Shown piece after piece: positions 1 through 12,810 of a stretch of 64,000 nt of DNA. The notes beneath the pieces are model-generated. The model was given only the letters and a program-made list of their open reading frames with translations, was not told the origin of the DNA and made no database searches. The position numbers were made by a program, and so were the translations under genes. Each line of letters starts with the position of its first letter. The first letter of the stretch is position 1. Source of the DNA: the human T2T-CHM13v2.0 reference genome, Homo sapiens; NCBI RefSeq assembly GCF_009914755.1, contig NC_060945.1; one strand, written 5' to 3'.

Positions 1-1080
1 CATCGTACCCCACTGCAGACATCCCAAGAATTTGTCTCTGAACCTTGAAGCTTGGAAAGCAATGGGGCTAAAAATTAGTCATCACAAAGTTAGCTTTGCC
101 TGGAGACCCTGGAAGCTTAATACGAGGCAGACAAAACCAAAATGAAGAGCAGCCGTGACCCCACTAATCTTGAGGAAAAGCAAGGCTCAGTCTTCAAGAA
201 TAGCAGAGATGCCGTTGTCATCTCCAGCATGATTCAGAATAGTGAGGCAGCAGGGAAGATGAAGATTGCAAGGAGTTGAAATTCCGTGGCATGGCTGTTC
301 AGGTGCTTAGGACTTTAATTTTAAAATTTCCCAGTTTTAACCCTGTGTTATGTTCTACTTTTAGGTGCTTGGTGAAGCAGCATTTACTTGTTAAGCAGAG
401 CATGGGACGGTTGATAGCAAAGGGGCGGCCCTGTCTTGCTGTGGGGGAGGAAACATATTCCAAAGACCACGCAGCTCTGTTGAAAAATGCCAGGAAAGGC
501 TCAACTTGAAACACCAAGAAAATAATGTGTTTTAAATAATATCCACCTCTTCCTCAAATCTATTTTTAAAAAAACAACAACACTGGAAACTCTATCTTTA
601 ATCTTCGATTCTTCTGGAGAAATTATCCTCCCAGGTTGCATTAGAAAAGTAGCTTATACTGCACTTAGGCCATCAGAGTAAGAGCCTGTGATGGGGTTTA
701 TTTGTGGCTGTCTGTCACCTCTCAGGCAAACAGGCATCATCAGCTCGGTTGTAGACACAAGGCTAGGCCTGGCCCAAATATGTGGAATTTAATCACTGAT
801 GTTTCACAGTGATGCCTGTTACTAAGTGAAAGAAGGCAGTCTGAAAAGGCTACATGCTGTACGATTTCAACCACCTGCCACTCTGGAAAAGGCAAAACTT
901 CGGAGACGGTAAAGAGATCAGTAGCTTCCAGGGGTTGGGGTAGAGAAAGGGATAGATAGGCATAGCACAGAGGATTTTTGCAGCAGTGAAAATTCTCTGG
1001 GTGATACCATAATGATGGATCTATGTCATTAGCCACTTGTTCAAACCCACAGAATGCACTCTGGGGGATAGTGATGGGTC

Positions 1081-1370
1081 AGGTTGGGTTTTGTGTGATG
1101 GAGGCATGGAGAGCAGCAGACGCTCAACATTGACAACTCCTGGCTGTTGCACTCCGTGATGCATGCTGACTTTTGCTATTTTTTAATGGCAAAAGAACAT
1201 GCTTTGGTTTTGTTTTAGGAGGAGAGGGATTGAAGGAACCAAGGGTGGCTGTGGGGGAGATTCAGAAACTCAAGGCTAGATGGGACTTGGCTGGATTTTG
1301 GAGTTCAAGAGGTTAACAGGACTGAGTTTAGGTAAATCTGTCCTCTCCATATTGCTTGATATATTGTGGG

Positions 1371-1401
<31 letters not shown>

Positions 1402-1424
1402 TGTGTGTGAATGTTAAAAAACAA
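1081..1424 (+). repeat. Dispersed duplicate (copy A) of 21446-21815
   Basis: By-eye alignment, ~80-90% identity, including an identical ttttggagttcaagaggttaacaggactgagtttaggtaaat block and a (TG)n tract. Confidence 0.95.
1372..1409. repeat. (TG)n microsatellite
   Basis: Direct observation. Confidence 0.95.
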
Positions 1425-1741
1425 TCAGTGTAAAATTTATCCATCATAACAAATACACCCCTCTGGTGGGGGATGTTGATAGTGGGGGAGGCTGTGCATG
1501 GGAGGGAGTGGAGGATATATGGGGAATCTCTGCATGTTTTGTTCAATTTGCCATGAACTTGAAACTGCTCTAAAAAAGAAAAATCTATTTAAAAAATATA
1601 TGCAGTACACTGTGTTAGTGGCACATGGGTTGGGAAGAGGGAATACTGGCCTTGGTTTAGGCCCATAGGAGATGTGCTTCCTTCCCATCCCCCATATTCT
1701 CTCACATAGACTTAATTACTAGGCCTGTCTTTCTACTTGTA

Positions 1742-2663
1742 CAATCGATTCTCATTATTCCAAGCAGTTAAGTTCTGTAACATTGCCAAAAAAAGAAAAC
1801 TGAATTAGTCAATACTGAACTTCTGCTCCCAGGAGAAATCTAGGATTATGTTCCTGCGAGCCTCTGGTCACAATATCTTTGTCAGCCCATCAATACATAA
1901 CGTTGTTTTATGTGTGTTTCTGTTTAAAGACTACTTATTTATTATATATTGTTGATTAATTAACATGGAGCTCACAGCCAACAGAACTATATAACACATG
2001 CCTGAACTGAGCTCATCTTAACACATATATTTTCTTTTTCTTTTTTTAAATTATACTTTAAGTTTTAGGGTACATGTGCACAATGTGCAGGTTAGTTACA
2101 TATGTATACATGTGCCATGTTGGTGTGCTGCACCCATTAACTCGTCATTTAACATTAGGTATATCTCCTAATGCTATCCTTCCCCCTCCCCCCACCCCAC
2201 AACAGGCCCCCGTGTGTGATGTTCCCCTTCCTGTGCCCATGTGTTCTCATTGTTCGATTCCCACCTATGAGTGAGAACATGCGGTTAACACATATATTTT
2301 CTCCGCAAGTTACGTCACAATCTTCATGCACTTAGGAACCCCACACAACGCTTCAGCGCTGTGCTTGGGGCCATTTTAAAAAATGAAATCACTGACGAAA
2401 AACACAAAAATGTGAAAAACATGGCATCGAACAGACTGTGAAAAGAACACTTGTTTACGGTAGAAGAGCTGACGGAAGAAGGCAGAACAATGCCTCATTG
2501 CAGCTCAGCTGGGAACATACTCCTGCTCAAATTTTTTGCCACCGTGCACATGCCCATAAATGACCACTAAAGCTCCTTGAGTGTTGATTTTGGAGTTTCA
2601 AGTATATTTTATGGAGTAGGCGACCTTGCAAATACTGAATTTGAGAATCAAGAGGCTGGACCG
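1742..2663 (-). mobile_element. MER82 (TcMar-Tigger non-autonomous DNA transposon), split by an L1PA
   Basis: ta|caatcgattctcattatt left terminus; right end gcaaatactgaatttgagaatcaagaggctggaccg resembles the reverse complement of the MER82 5' end. Confidence 0.8.
2036..2284 (-). mobile_element. 5'-truncated L1PA (L1PA3-5-like) 3' UTR
   Basis: polyT then ttatactttaagttttagggtacatgtgcac...gagaacatgcgg; 18-bp TSD ttaacacatatattttct at 2018-2035 and 2285-2302. Confidence 0.95.
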
Positions 2664-3289
2664 TCTCTGCTTTTGGTCCAGCCAAGGGCCCTGTTGGTCC
2701 ACGATTGCCATATCGTGTTTTGACTGCTCCAGGGACTTTGATGTGACTCTAGTTTGGAAGATCTGGAACACTTTGGGAGCTTGAGAATGAGATGAGAACA
2801 TCGTGTGGGGTTTGATGAGAGTGTTTTGGCTCCAGGTCATGGATTCACATCTCTTGGTGGGTCGCGGGAAGTAAAGCAGCCCATAGCCTGCAAATGTTGA
2901 GGCAGGCTTGCAGCTTGCGTGGACACAAGTCCCTGCTCACTTCCCTCTCCAGTTATCACAAGCATCCAGCTCAGAAGGACACCTTGTGTGCTTCTCTGAG
3001 TGCTCCTGCACCCTCATCCCTCACTGACCCCACTCTGCCCACCAATACTTTCCATTTCTTGAAGCCTGCTTCTGTCTTGACCACTGGGGAGCCTTCTTAC
3101 ATGCCAGAGGCCTCTGTCTTGCCTTGGGGTGTGATCATGATTTACTTTATTCAGGTTCTGCTTATCCAGGGTGGCCAGGAAAGTTCATCTGTAATCCCAG
3201 CATTCCATCCCATCCTGCCTTTTGGAAAGACGTAAAATAAATGCACCAAAAATAAACGGAGGCTTTGAATAATATCATACATTGATATG

Positions 3290-3431
3290 ATAAATTTCAA
3301 TAAGCAGTTTTTTCACATATGTCCCATGCAATATATGGGGTGTACTTATGTTGAAAATGCTTCATTATTTATTTGAAATTTGAATTTAATTGGCTGTCCT
3401 ATATTTTTGTTTGCTAAATCTGGTGACCGTA
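3290..3431. mobile_element. MER53 (hAT MITE), partial
   Basis: tatgtcccatgcaatatatggggtgtacttatg...gaaatttgaatttaattggctgtcctatatttttgtttgctaaatctggtgacc. Confidence 0.75.
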
Positions 3432-3499
3432 TCTCCGCAGAGCTTGCAGCGCACTGCCCAGTGCTGGAAGTGGTGTGAGAATCAGGGAACTATTCTGCC

Positions 3500-3570
3500 A
3501 ATTAGCAGCTGTGAGGTCTTGGGGAAGTCACCACCCGTTTGGGCCTCAGTCCCCTCATCTGTGAAATGGA
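3500..3570 (+). mobile_element. MIR core fragment
   Basis: gctgtgaggtcttggggaagtcac...gcctcagtcccctcatctgtgaaatgg. Confidence 0.7.
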
Positions 3571-4654
3571 CACGATTTCTAGTATTTGCAGCTATGACCT
3601 TTTCTGGAGAATCAGAGTTTGGGTCCCCATTTTAGGTTTCATATTCTCTTTCCCTAATTGGTAAGTTGGCAATTTATTTATATGTTCCCAAAGACAGCTT
3701 AAAGTGAATTCATGTATTTATTTCTAAGTAAAACTTCTCTGTTGCTGAGGGAAAACCCACCCATCTGGGCCAAAATAACACGCCGCCTTGGCAGGAAAAT
3801 AAACCTGCTGAAAATCGTTAGAGCACTTTCTCCCTCACCTGCCTGATAGGCTCTGCTGCACAGACAAAGAGCCTGTTCTCCGATAAAACAAGGCAGCTAA
3901 GGGGCAGGTCTGGGCTTTAAATCAGCCCTCTGAGGGGGTAGGCTGCATCGCTGGGCCCCACGTCCATACCAAGTTGTGCTCCTGTGCACCGCAGAATGGC
4001 TCGTACGAGGCCGTGGGGAACCAGGATGGCAACAACAAAAAATGGGTTCTCCGCCTCCAGGAGAGGCAAGGCAAGACCTGGTGACAGCAGCCTTGTCTGC
4101 ATTCTGTAATTGGCAGCCTCAGACATGTGCCTGTGCTCTCCATGGGGGTTGGCCAGTTGAGCCCTGGCAAAGACGTGGCCTGCACCTCTGTGTTTTCACA
4201 CAGCACCCACACCAGCGGTGCAGGGGGAGAGTGGAGCTTCAGAGGGGGAGAAGGTAAATGCTGTGACGTGTTTCTTCCAGCAACCCCCCCCTTGGATAGC
4301 ACTGCCCACCTGGTCTTATTCTCATCAGAGACCTACCTCTTCTGGGAAGATTTCTCAGCAGCTGTGGTCACCCAGAGCAGGTATTCTCTGCAGGTAGAAA
4401 ATCCACTTGGGGTTGGGGCTGCGCACTGCACCTGCCAAACTGTGCGCTCCAGGCTCTAGGCTCTGTTTTTGCTGGCCTTGAGCTGAGTTCCAACTGGGAT
4501 TTGGAGGCCACAGGATCCCTGCTGAGTGAAGATTAGCAAATGCTCTCTGAGATCCCAAGTCTCTGGCTTGTCTTAGGTCGTGAACAGGTGGGATGGGAGT
4601 GTAAGCATGGCTCAGTGGTCCCCAGAAATTTTATTTTGGTGGAATACAGGTATC

Positions 4655-5020
4655 CATTTGCTCTTTTACGTTGTTCCGTCTAAGAAATCTTTGACTTACT
4701 CTTAGTCACAAAGATTTGACTTATGCAGGCAGCTCTGAGCTGTATTTTGAGTTAATCTTTGTGCATGGTAGAAGGTACAAATTGTAGCTTTTGTTTTTAC
4801 CTGTGGATATCCAATTGTTCCAGCACCATTTGGTGAAAAGATTATCCCTTCTTCCCTGAATTGCCTTTGCACCTTCATCAAAAATCAGTTGTCTATTTCA
4901 GTGTGGGCCTGAGTCTAGACTCTGCTTTCTTTTATATGGCTAACTGCACGCCAATACCACACTGTTTTTGTTACTATAGTTTTATAATAGTTCCTAAAAT
5001 CACATAGCATGAGCCTTTCA
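4655..5020 (-). mobile_element. Old L1M ORF2 fragment
   Basis: tgtggatatccaattgttccagcaccatttggtgaaaagattatcc...ccaataccacactg. Confidence 0.8.
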
Positions 5021-5249
5021 ACTACAGCAGAGAATTGAAGCCCTCAAGGCTAAACATCATCTGGTCCAGTACCCAGTGGTCTTTAGAATGAAATGCTGAA
5101 ACTAGTTTACATTTAAAGAAACAGAAGTATAAGAGAGGGAAGGGGCTGACCCATGGAGCTAGTACATAATGGAGAAGCCAGCTCTCCTTCATCACAAAGC
5201 CTTAGCAAAATGCCCTTTCAATAATCAAATGATGATAAAAACAAAAGCT

Positions 5250-5470
5250 GCCATTGTTTTGGACTACCAGTTAAGGTGCTAGGCATTTTACACATAGTAT
5301 TTCATGTAACCCTGCATGCATTTCTGTGATGTAGCACTAGTATATATGTTGCAGACGAGGAAATGGAGACACAGAGAGCTGAAGGAATGTGGGCAAAGGT
5401 GTACAGCTACTGGTTGGCTGGGCTGAGACACAAATACAGGTGGTTCAGGGCAAAGCCTGTGCTTCCTCTA
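5250..5470 (-). mobile_element. MIR
   Basis: gcagacgaggaaatggagacacagagagctgaagg...aaggtgtacagctact. Confidence 0.7.
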
Positions 5471-5473
5471 AAC

Positions 5474-5592
5474 CAGCAGTTTTCCAAGTGAGGTCCCTGG
5501 GCCCACAACATCAGCCTCACCTGGAAGCTTGTGAGAAAGCAAATTCTTACCCCCAGGTGATTCTGATGCAGACAAATACCTGAGAACTACGG
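5474..5592. mobile_element. MER5A-like (hAT-Charlie), internally deleted
   Basis: cagcagttttccaagtgaggtccctgg...catcagcctcacctggaagcttgtgagaaagcaaattc...ccccaggtgattctgatgca...tgagaactac. Confidence 0.7.
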
Positions 5593-6789
5593 GTGGAACC
5601 AGTCCACGTGCTGCCTCTGCTAACAGGGCAGCATCTCTATGTTTAAAATCCCAGTGGACAAATAAACAATTGCAGGGACTGACGTCTGTGGAGGGGGCAT
5701 GTGGATCTATGGTTCTGTCTTATGGCCACACTCCATGACAATGACTTCAGAGGAGGGAGGAGTGGATGGCGAGGCCAGTATCGCATCTGCAGGCAGGTGA
5801 AATGCACAGGCTGCAGGTGGGGAAGGGTGGTCAGAGCCCTGGGCAACTGATTTTACCTCTCTGCATCTTCTCTTTCCTCTAGTGTAGAATAGGGATAAGA
5901 ACAATGCTTACCTTCTAAAGGGACTGTAAGGATGGGTGAAAGAAGTCAGGAAAAGGACTTAGCACAGGGTGTAGCCATAAAAATAAAGACTGCATTGAAG
6001 TTGTTATGTAAGTCCATTTAGATACTTATTTCAAGAACTGAGCACGTAGAAGCCCCTGTGTTGGTTTTTTACTGACTCACAGGCAGTGACCAATTGCCTG
6101 GCCATACAGTCAGGAGAGAGGGCAGTGAAAACCCGGCCTATTAAAAGAATGCCCACAGGCAGCACAGCGCTATGGAAATTTGAGGGATGTATTCAAAGAG
6201 AACAAGTCAATGCCCATCAGAAGAGCTCCCTTCCAGTTTCAGAAGGTGGCTGGAATAGACAAGAAGAGATCCCTATGTGCTCCCTCGAGGTGGCCGCCTG
6301 TGTCCATGAAATGAATGGATATGGGGGCACTCAATGCAGCAGTGCAAAGACGGGCTGAATCTAGACATGTTCCTTTGGCACCCTCTCAGGAGCATAATGC
6401 CAGGAAGAACTGCTTTGCTTGTCAACAAGGGAGACAGAGACTGCCACTGGCTATGGGGCAGATTCACTGGTGGGAGGGCCCTGCGCACAGCTGGCGAGCG
6501 GGACTGATGCTGGCTGCCTTGGGGGACTAAAAATGGGTCTTGCCTGGAATAAACACGGACTCTGGACTGGGCTTTGTTTACCTGGGGGAAAATGAAAACG
6601 CTCAGAGTGCCAAAAAAAAAAAAATCTCAACAGAAGGTATTGCATGGATTTAGAAGGCCAAACATCATTTCTTCAGACCAAGGTATACTGAACAGCCCTT
6701 GACGTCCAACAAAGGGCAGATATATCATCCTTAGAGTAACAGTTTGATAGAGGGGTAGAAGGGGCAGTTGAAACACTGGTTGTCTAAAA

Positions 6790-7287
6790 CAGCAGTCCCC
6801 AAACTTTTTGGCACTGGGGACCAGTTTCCTGGAAGACAGTTTTATCACAGGGGGAGGGAGGATGGTTTCAGGATGATTCAAGCACATTCCATTGATTGTG
6901 CACTTTATTTCTATTATTACTGCATTATAATATATAATAAAATAATTACACAACTCACCATAATGTAGAATCAGTGAGAGCCCTGAGCTTGTTTTCCTGA
7001 AACTAGATGGTCCCATCTGGGGGGTGATGAGGGACAGTGACAGATCATCGGGCATAGATTCTCATAAGAAGCACACAGCCTAGATCTCTTGCGTGAGCAG
7101 TTTGCAATAGGGTTCCCGTTCCTATGAGAATCTAATGCTTCTGCTGATCTGATAGGAGGCAGAGCTCAGATGGTCATATAAGTGAATACAGATAAAGCTT
7201 TGCTCACTCAACCCGCCACTCACCTCCTGCTCTGTAGTACAGTTCCTAACAGGCCATGGTCCATAGCCTGGGGGCTGGGGACCCCTG
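6790..7287. mobile_element. MER1A (hAT-Charlie)
   Basis: Termini cagcagtcccca...tggggacccctg; perfect 8-bp TSD gtctaaaa at 6782-6789 and 7288-7295. Confidence 0.93.
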
Positions 7288-7735
7288 GTCTAAAACATGG
7301 GGAGATAAAAGCATGAAGGCTGCCTTACACACCTTCACTAGTCTGTGCTCACACTCAACACGTGTGGGACTAAAGGAGTGTCCCTACTAGATTTTTGACT
7401 GTTTCCCTGGTTGCTCTGGGGAAGAGGGGTTGGGGAGGATGCTGGCATGACCTTGCAATTCTTGCTATGGGAGGAATACACTGGTACAACAACTATGTAT
7501 TTTTTTTCTTTCTTTCCCAAATCATCTCAGAAAAATGTCTTGTTTTTTTTTTTCTCCCTTACCTGATGCGGTGGTCCTAGAACCAGAGGTGCAACTGCAA
7601 GTTCTGGAAGCAGGAATGATTTCTAAGCAAGAAACTGTCACTGTGTTTTTAAACTTTGTCAGAATTCCTAACAATTCTGGGGGTGGACCGTGTCTTTATC
7701 TCGTCTGGCAAAAGTGGGGTTAGGACTAAATACAA

Positions 7736-8167
7736 TGCACATACACGTGCATGTATCTTTATAATAGAATGATTTCTGTTCCTTTGGGTATACACCCAGT
7801 AATGGGATTGCTGGGTCAAATGGTATTTCTGCCTCTAGGTCTTTAAGGAATCACCACACTGTCTTCCACCATGGCTGAGGCAGGAACAGAAGACCAACAC
7901 TGCGTCTTCTCGCTTACAAGTGGGAGCTGAATGATGAGAACACATGGACGCATGGGGTTGGGGGAACAACACACACTGGGGGCTGTTAGGGGTGGGGTGT
8001 GGGGAGGGAGAGCATCAGGAACAATAGCTAATGGATGCTGGGCTTAATACCTAGGTGATGGGTTGATCTGTGCGGCAAACCACCACGGCACACGTTTACC
8101 TATGCAACACACCTGCACGTCCTGCACATGTACCCCTGAACTTAAAAATAAAACTTGAAGAAAATAA
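7736..8167 (+). mobile_element. Older L1PA (L1PA13-16-like) with 5' inversion
   Basis: 7736-7878 antisense ORF2 (cccagtaatgggattgctgggtcaaatgg); 7879-8167 sense 3' end; TSD aggactaaatacaa 7722-7735 / aagaataaatacaa 8168-8181. Confidence 0.88.
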
Positions 8168-8574
8168 AAGAATAAATACAACTATATTTCCTGGTGGTAG
8201 AAGTGGCTCACTAGTTTGGAATCTGTGTAACCCTGTCTTGAATGAATGGGAACAGACTGAGGTAGAGGCACTCACTAGGCTGATATTGCTACCAGCGATC
8301 TGGACCAGCACAATGGCTGAAGTTAATGTCCCTTTCAAAGGTGGAAAAGTTTGGGTAAAAGTAAATGACAAATGGAAAAAAAAGAAAGAATAATAGCTGA
8401 GGGTAAGAAATGAATAAATGTGTTATAGATTGAGGGAAATCCAGTAGTAAATTAACAACCCTTTTAAAGAGTCTCAGAGCAAGAGATGACGTCATTGGCC
8501 AGCTCAGTTATTCCAGGTGCCTGAAAGGGCGAAGCTGTATATTTACCGAGACCCCTCCTGCTTTTGGGAACTGA

Positions 8575-8690
8575 CAAGTTCCCTGAAGCACCCACGGAGG
8601 GCATGGAGGCTCCGTGCCCCTGCCCCCATACCTCGCCCTACACGTCTGTATCCTTTGCAATATCCTTTATAATCAACTAGTATACGTTTA
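8575..8690 (+). mobile_element. MER21-like LTR fragment
   Basis: ggagggcatggaggctccgtgcccctgcccccatacctcgccctac...ctgtatcctttgcaatatcctttataat. Confidence 0.65.
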
Positions 8691-8767
8691 AAAACAAAAA
8701 TAGAACTGACCACAGGCTGCAGGTCTCCCATGGAATTCTTGGTGCAGGCTTGGGTATCTCTGCCTGG

Positions 8768-8945
8768 TAGAACTGCCAGATGAAATACAGAGACCCAGTT
8801 ATGTTTGAATTTTAGATGAATAATTCTTTTTTGTATAAGTATGTCTCATGCAATATTTGGGACATACACTAAATTTTTCTTTGTTGATATCTGAAATTTA
8901 AATGTAACTGATCTCCCCTTTTATTTGATAAATCTGGCAACTCTA
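8768..8945. mobile_element. MER53 (palindromic hAT MITE), full length
   Basis: Termini tagaactgccagat...atctggcaactcta; perfect 8-bp TSD ctgcctgg at 8760-8767 and 8946-8953. Confidence 0.9.
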
Positions 8946-10835
8946 CTGCCTGGACAGCAGTGGCCCTTTGAGCAGAAGGAATTGACTCCTGGTAGTAGAG
9001 GAAGGACTCTGGTCCCCAATGTAAACCTATCTGTTTGCTTTCAGGATGCGGGTTCAGAAACCTTTATTGCTGCCTGTAAAGACTCAGCATGGCCAGGGAC
9101 TTGCAGAAGGACTCTCACCTGGCTCCATGTTGATAAATTTCAGCCACATGTAATGAAATAGAGAGAAATGGAAAAGAACAGGGTGGTTAAGGGACCTGTT
9201 AAAAGTGACTACAATTTGGCCCACACCAGTTGAAAAACAAAAGCAAAGAAACAAGCTGCTTTGTTCCAGAACACAAACAAAAAAAACAAAAAACCAAAAT
9301 ACCACGAACTAAACAAAGCCACAGACACATTTCACCAGAAGTGTATTTATTTATCCCTCTAAAATGTCTTTCTTAATATATGGCTGGATGTTCTGTTTTA
9401 TAAATCTGTAATTACAAGTAACTGGTGTTACAATGATTATAAATTTGCAATATATTTATTTGGGAATTAAATGGCATTAATTGGAGGGTGGAATAGTGAC
9501 TACGACTTAATTAACCTGAGACTATGGGCTCTGGTTAAAAATCCACCACTACCAGGTAAGTGTGTGTTCCAGGAACAGTGTAGCTTCCACATTTAAAGGC
9601 TGTAAATTATTGATGGCAGTAGTCAGTGCTTCTGACAAGCAGTAAACTGGGAGACTGAGTGCTGGAAAGTTGGAACACATTTGATCCGTGTAGGTGGAAA
9701 TGTGCAGGGTAAAAATAGAGTCGTGGCAAATGCTTTTCCAGATCCATAAGACCTCCAGGGAGCAAGATCATTTGCCAGCTCTCTCCACCTCTGCTAGTAT
9801 CCATTCTCCATCTCTTCCCTTCAGACCTCCGCCCTGTGTCCACACTCTGGTCATCAGCTCTCTTCTCTGGTCAAAAGAAGTCCGGATGGGACGAAAGAAA
9901 ACAGGCTGGAGAGTGAAATGGGCATCTGAGCAGAAGGTGGAGTTGAAAATTCACAAAGGGAAGCTTGCACTTCATCCTCATCTGTTCTCTTCCCTCCCTA
10001 TTCAAATGGGGATTGTGTTTTTAAGGCTGATTTCTTTCCTCCTCACTGGAATTGTCTTATGTAATCCTAGCTAGTGGAGTAGCTGAACTTAATTTGATGG
10101 GATAAAAAGAAATGTGCCTTTGTGTTCTTAAAAAGAATGAATGTTTGCCATTTCTTATTTATGAATACAATAAACCAGGCTCTACTGGGGAGAGAACTAG
10201 AGGGGGGAGCAACAGATGCCTGGAAAAAAAAAGGGCATAATATTTATAACACTGTGAATGAAGCATTAAAAATGGGCAAATTAAAGCAATCCCTCAGCAG
10301 ATGGGGCATATGTATTGCTAGAAACTCATGTGCACATGTTCCAGCCTCATCTATGGAACTGCACTGAATGCCAAGCTATTTGGTGATAGGGGAATTTGAT
10401 TTAAAGCGTATGTTTTCTAAGGAATTGTCATACGTGCCCATGTGTGAGTAAAACACAAGTGAAGAAACCCTGAAGCTTCTCACTTCTGGAAGCCTTTTAA
10501 TCAGAAATTGCTCTCCTATGCCTGCCACATAGGGAGTATCATAGGAGAGGATACTATGACATTCTACTTAAAGATGTAATGTGGGTTACCCAGCAATTTC
10601 ACTCCTAGATATTTACCCAGAGCAATGAAGCACCTGTCCACAAAAAGACTTCTTCGAGAATTGTGTAATTGTCAATCCCTGCCTCTCTTAAAAAAATAAA
10701 ATCAACTCAAACAGACATCAATTGTAGAATGGATAAACAAATTGTATATGTTGGACTATTACTCAGCAACAAAAAGAAACAAACTGTTGATACAATGGAA
10801 AACATGATCGATGACTCTTTAAAATGTTACACTAC

Positions 10836-11140
<305 letters not shown>

Positions 11141-11170
11141 CATCATGCTGAGCAAGTGAGGCCAGACACA

Positions 11171-11701
11171 TCAAATAAAAACAAATCTGGACTCACTGGA
11201 GAGACTTTATATAAAAGGATTATTGCAGTGGGGGTGGGAAGGGTATTGCCATAGAGAAAACATTCTATCTATAATGTGGACACTTATCTCAAAGGTTAAG
11301 GCAAGCAGCATTTTTCTATTATAGAGAGGAGTGAACAAGGCTAGGAAGAACTGAGTGAGGGAAAGTGGGGGTGAAAATGTTTTACCTGAAGCTAGTTTAT
11401 TCTCTGGAGGGGTTGTCTGCAGGCTTTGGCTGAGGATAACCAAATCTTAATCTTTGTCTAACAAGTATTTTGTTCCATTTGATCAGTGGCAACAAGGAGA
11501 TCAGCCAATCATTTATGAGGCAAAGAATGGGAAGTTGGAGGGTCTGGGTCTGGCCTTGTCCTAAGTAACAGAGAACATCATGAACTGTAGCTAAGTCCTG
11601 TGGGGAACGGTGTTTCCCAGAGCATGAAAGGGTGGGGGGAATTCTTTGAAACTTTGCTGTTTTTTCAGGAGCCCAGACTCAGCTAAAATTCAACCTTGTC
11701 A
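11171..11701 (-). mobile_element. ERV1-class solo LTR (MER67-like, family uncertain)
   Basis: Minus strand starts tgacaaggttgaattttagctgagtctgggctcctg; ~530 bp interrupting the L1 at gccagacaca. Confidence 0.6.
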
Positions 11702-11899
11702 CATTACAAAGTACATTACCATATGATTCCATGTATACGAAATACAAAAAAAAAAAAAAAAAAAAAAGACGAAACTAGGCTATAGTGAAAGAAAACAGAC
11801 GGTGGTTGCCTGAGGCCATCCAAGGAGTAGGGACTGACTGCAGAAGGGCACAGGGAAACTACTGGGGGTGGCAGGAATGTTCAAAATCTTGATTGTGGT

Positions 11900-12256
11900 T
11901 GTCTTAGTCCATCAGGTGGCTGTAACAGAATGCTATATATCGAGTGGTTTGTACACAACAGAAACTTACCTCCCACAGCTCTGGAGACTGGGACTCCCAA
12001 GATCAAGATGCTGTCAGAGTCAGTGTCTGGTGAGGGCCTCATTCCAGGTTCATAGACTGCACCTATTCACTATGATCTCACCTGGTGGGAGGGACAAGGG
12101 AGCTCCCTGGAGTCTCTTTTTATAAGGGCACTAATCCCACTCAGGAGGGCTCCCCACTCATGACCTAATCACCTCCCACCTCCTAATATCATCACCTTGG
12201 GGGTTAGGATTTCAACATATACATTTGGAGAGAACACAAATATTCAAACCATAGCA
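11900..12256 (-). mobile_element. MLT1A0-like MaLR LTR
   Basis: tgtcttagtccat...ttttataagggcactaatccc...attcaaaccatagca; 5-bp TSD gtggt/ttggt. Confidence 0.88.
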
Positions 12257-12384
12257 TTGGTGATGGTTGCATTGTATATACATGTCCCACAATTTATGGA
12301 ACCATACATTTAAAATGGGTGTATTTTATTGTATGTGAACTATACCTCAATTGAATATATTTTAGCAAATGTCAAGTGGGTAGA

Positions 12385-12810
12385 TCATAGTGGCCATGAG
12401 CTCAGGCATAGAAGCTGGGCAGGTGTGAACTTGACAAGCACAAATACATCACTTATGAGCTGTGAGAGAGATATTAGGCAATTGCTTATCCTCACTAAAC
12501 ATCACTTTCTCCATTAGTGCCAACCTCCTAAGACTGATTAGAGCTTTAAGGGCATGCACCTAGTAAGAACTCAATAATTTCAGCTGTTATTGCTGCTACT
12601 ATCATTACGGTGTGTTTCCCTTTACATGCATCTCTTGGGCAATGTGATATAGTGGAGAGACAAGATTTCAAGGCAGAATATTTGGGCTTCAGGATCCTTC
12701 GGCTCAATGTCTTCAACTGTAAAACAGGAAAATATAATCATCACAGCTCAGCTGTGTTACAGTGTAGTTATGAAAATCAAATGTGAAAGTGGATGTGAAA
12801 ATATTGATAA
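12385..12810 (+). mobile_element. Two degenerate MIR fragments
   Basis: cacttatgagctgtgaga...ttaggcaattgctta; tagtaagaactcaataa; ctcaatgtcttcaactgtaaaacagg. Confidence 0.55.

Larger units (their letters stand above)
812..1597 (+). mobile_element. L1MC (L1MC1-like) 3' end, interrupted at ~1081-1424 by a non-L1 insert
   Basis: ttactaagtgaaagaaggcagtctgaaaaggctaca...aacccacagaatg, resuming at ~1425 tcagtgta...ctctggtgggggatgttgatagtgggggaggctgtgcatg...aaactgctctaaaaaa; matches the recalled L1MC 3' UTR. Confidence 0.85.

Noticed and set aside
8768-8945. MER53 hairpin as a miR-1302 family locus
   Set aside because: The sequence reads ttgggacatacactaaa, lacking the middle of the mature miR-1302 sequence as I recall it; the palindromy is intrinsic to MER53.
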